A stretch of 63,302 nt of DNA, filler included, from Olpidium bornovanus S191 (taxonomy: Eukaryota > Fungi > Olpidiomycota): the NCBI GenBank assembly GCA_017911155.1. It is 29 parts of 29 records of this genome, joined end to end, with 100 filler letters (N's around TTAATTAATTAA, not from the genome) between each part and the next. Parts side by side here need not be neighbours in the genome. Positions count along the whole stretch, not along the records: positions 61,306 to 63,302 come from JAEFCI010006838.1; 28 more parts are not named here. The stretch is one strand, 5' to 3'. The position numbers were made by a program, and so were the translations under genes. Of the stretch, positions 61,734 to 63,302 are shown in pieces. Below the pieces are notes generated by a model, which had not been told where the DNA came from, did no database searches, and saw nothing but the letters and a program-made list of their open reading frames with translations. Position 1 is the stretch's first letter. Every line of letters starts with the position of its first letter.

Positions 61734-62509
61734 ACCTAAAGTCCCGTCGGCATCTGCCGGGGCCCACGACGCCGAGCGCCGCGCCGCGCCATTCCACAAA
61801 GGCGCCGCACTCATCTTAGGCGTGCTATGTTTGGGACTATCTGGGTTTGGCCGTATGGCGCCGTTTTACTAGTAATGTGACAATTAGTATTTTGATACGC
61901 TCGAGACCTTCGGCGCGCGACACTCTGACCACCCCCCGGGCGGACGGGCCGCGTCGGGAAAAACGGCGTGTATATAACCGCCGTCCGCCCGCGGTCCGCT
62001 CATATCCCCCCGGCATCTCGCTACCCTCTTCCTCTCGGTCTCCCCGTGCCCGCGCGGTCCCCCCGCCCTCCCCTAGCCGCCCTTCTGCCGGCCCCCCCAG
62101 ACTCCCCCCCCCCCCGCCCCCGCCCCCTCCCACTCCCCCAACCCCACGGTTCACCACCAAATCAACGTTGGATCGACTGCTCAATCTGTGCAACTCATCG
62201 GGTATGACATAATCCATTCCCGCGATCTTGGCGTCAATTTTTTTTACCCAAGCGAGAGATCAATTGGGTTTGCCGTCGTGGCCTGACTCTTTGGCCGACC
62301 GTTGATCGAAGAACGTCTTGGGACCAGCTTGTCGAACATCGGAAACTGCCGGACGTATAACAGCGGAGACTTAAATTTATTCAAGGTGACCTTTCTAAGC
62401 TTCTATATCTCTTCTTTATAACTACCACAAAGCTGTCGCGTTGTCCCACCTCTAACCCAGTGCAATAACAATCACATTCAGACTCCAATATACAAGAGAA
62501 ATTTCCAAC

Positions 62510-62863
62510 ATGAAGTTCACTACCGTTGCCGTCATTCTCGCCAGCGTTACCGCTGTAGTTGCAGACAGCTGCAATCGCGGTGGTGTTTACTGCGGCTCGT
62601 CGTTGCTGCGCAAAGGTGCGATTGGGTCAACCCTCATTCATAGCAGCCAGAAGATAGCCTTGAGACCGAAGCTAACGCGCCAAACAGGCAACTACCGCGC
62701 TCACATTATTGAGACGCTTTTGGCCGTCGGAGTTACAGCCGACGAGAAGCACATCCAGAACTCCAAGTTCGACTGTCTCTCCGGCGGGGATATCGTCTAC
62801 CGCGAGTACTGCGCGGCCGGTTGTGGCGGCACGGCCTCGACTGATCCTGACTACTGTCTGTAA
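62510..62863 (+). CDS. Small secreted cysteine-rich protein (93 aa; exons 62510-62615, 62688-62863)
   Basis: Signal peptide MKFTTVAVILASVTAVVA; six Cys in the mature part; 72-nt GT-AG intron with a GCTAAC branch site. Confidence 0.85.
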   Translation: MKFTTVAVILASVTAVVADSCNRGGVYCGSSLLRKGAIGSTLIHSSQKIALRPKLTRQTGNYRAHIIETLLAVGVTADEKHIQNSKFDCLSGGDIVYREYCAAGCGGTASTDPDYCL

Positions 62864-63302
62864 CCGTCGGAACTTCCCCGCGCGCACCGCGACCGCCCGC
62901 GACTGCATCCCGAACTGCGCCAAATAGAGTGATTATATATTTACGCGGCGTTTTCTACGAGACTGAGCAGTCTGCAGGCCACGAGATTGTTTACAATATA
63001 ACTGAACGTGGTAATACGAGGATGAAGTCATCTTTGAACGGGCCCCCGTCGTTCTTGTGCAGATAATGTAGTGCAAGGGAAATGTGCGAAAATGTACTTT
63101 TTGGTTTTGTTCGCCAGACGGCTTGCTGTCATACGGTGGGCTTCCTCGATCAGAACAAAGCGTGCCCGTCTGTTAAACGCGCATGGCGGCGTGATTTTGA
63201 GGTCGAGCACAAACGAGCGCTTCGGGAGGCAAGATGGAAGGGTGTCACAGCGTGTAGTATGTTGTCCAAACGACCGGTGCTTGCGCTTTTGTCGAAATGT
63301 AC

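Overview
Not one locus: 29 short contigs concatenated with 28 artificial 100-bp spacers (44 N + TTAATTAATTAA + 44 N), so neighbouring contigs carry no linkage information. The DNA is eukaryotic, GC-rich and rich in short spliceosomal introns, with many poly(G/C/A/T) and (GA)n tracts. Fungal markers (two eEF3 paralogs, Sld2, Mms22-like, Cue1-like) together with a meckelin/TMEM67 ciliary exon point to a flagellated, early-diverging (zoosporic, e.g. Olpidium-like) fungus; this is inference. Most contigs hold partial housekeeping genes: NAMPT, Rrn6/TAF1C-like, DEUBAD protein, WRN-type exonuclease, GT10 fucosyltransferase, METTL21-like, VMA10, cytochrome b5, LeuRS, RSAD1/HemW, COG6, ArgRS, VMA21, PIG-S, SRPK, M43 protease, APC4. 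Mobile DNA comprises pogo fragments, three copia LTR-PBS junctions and a gypsy RT. I see no multi-gene novel system. The best leads are a DEUBAD protein spliced to a RAMA-like (putative 6mA reader) module, a plant-like alpha-1,3-fucosyltransferase, a NAMPT with a probable GC-AG intron and a long insertion, and an ascomycete-like small secreted protein. Contig ends are strongly enriched for CATG, probably a library artefact. All family calls come from motif recognition from memory; no database searches were run.
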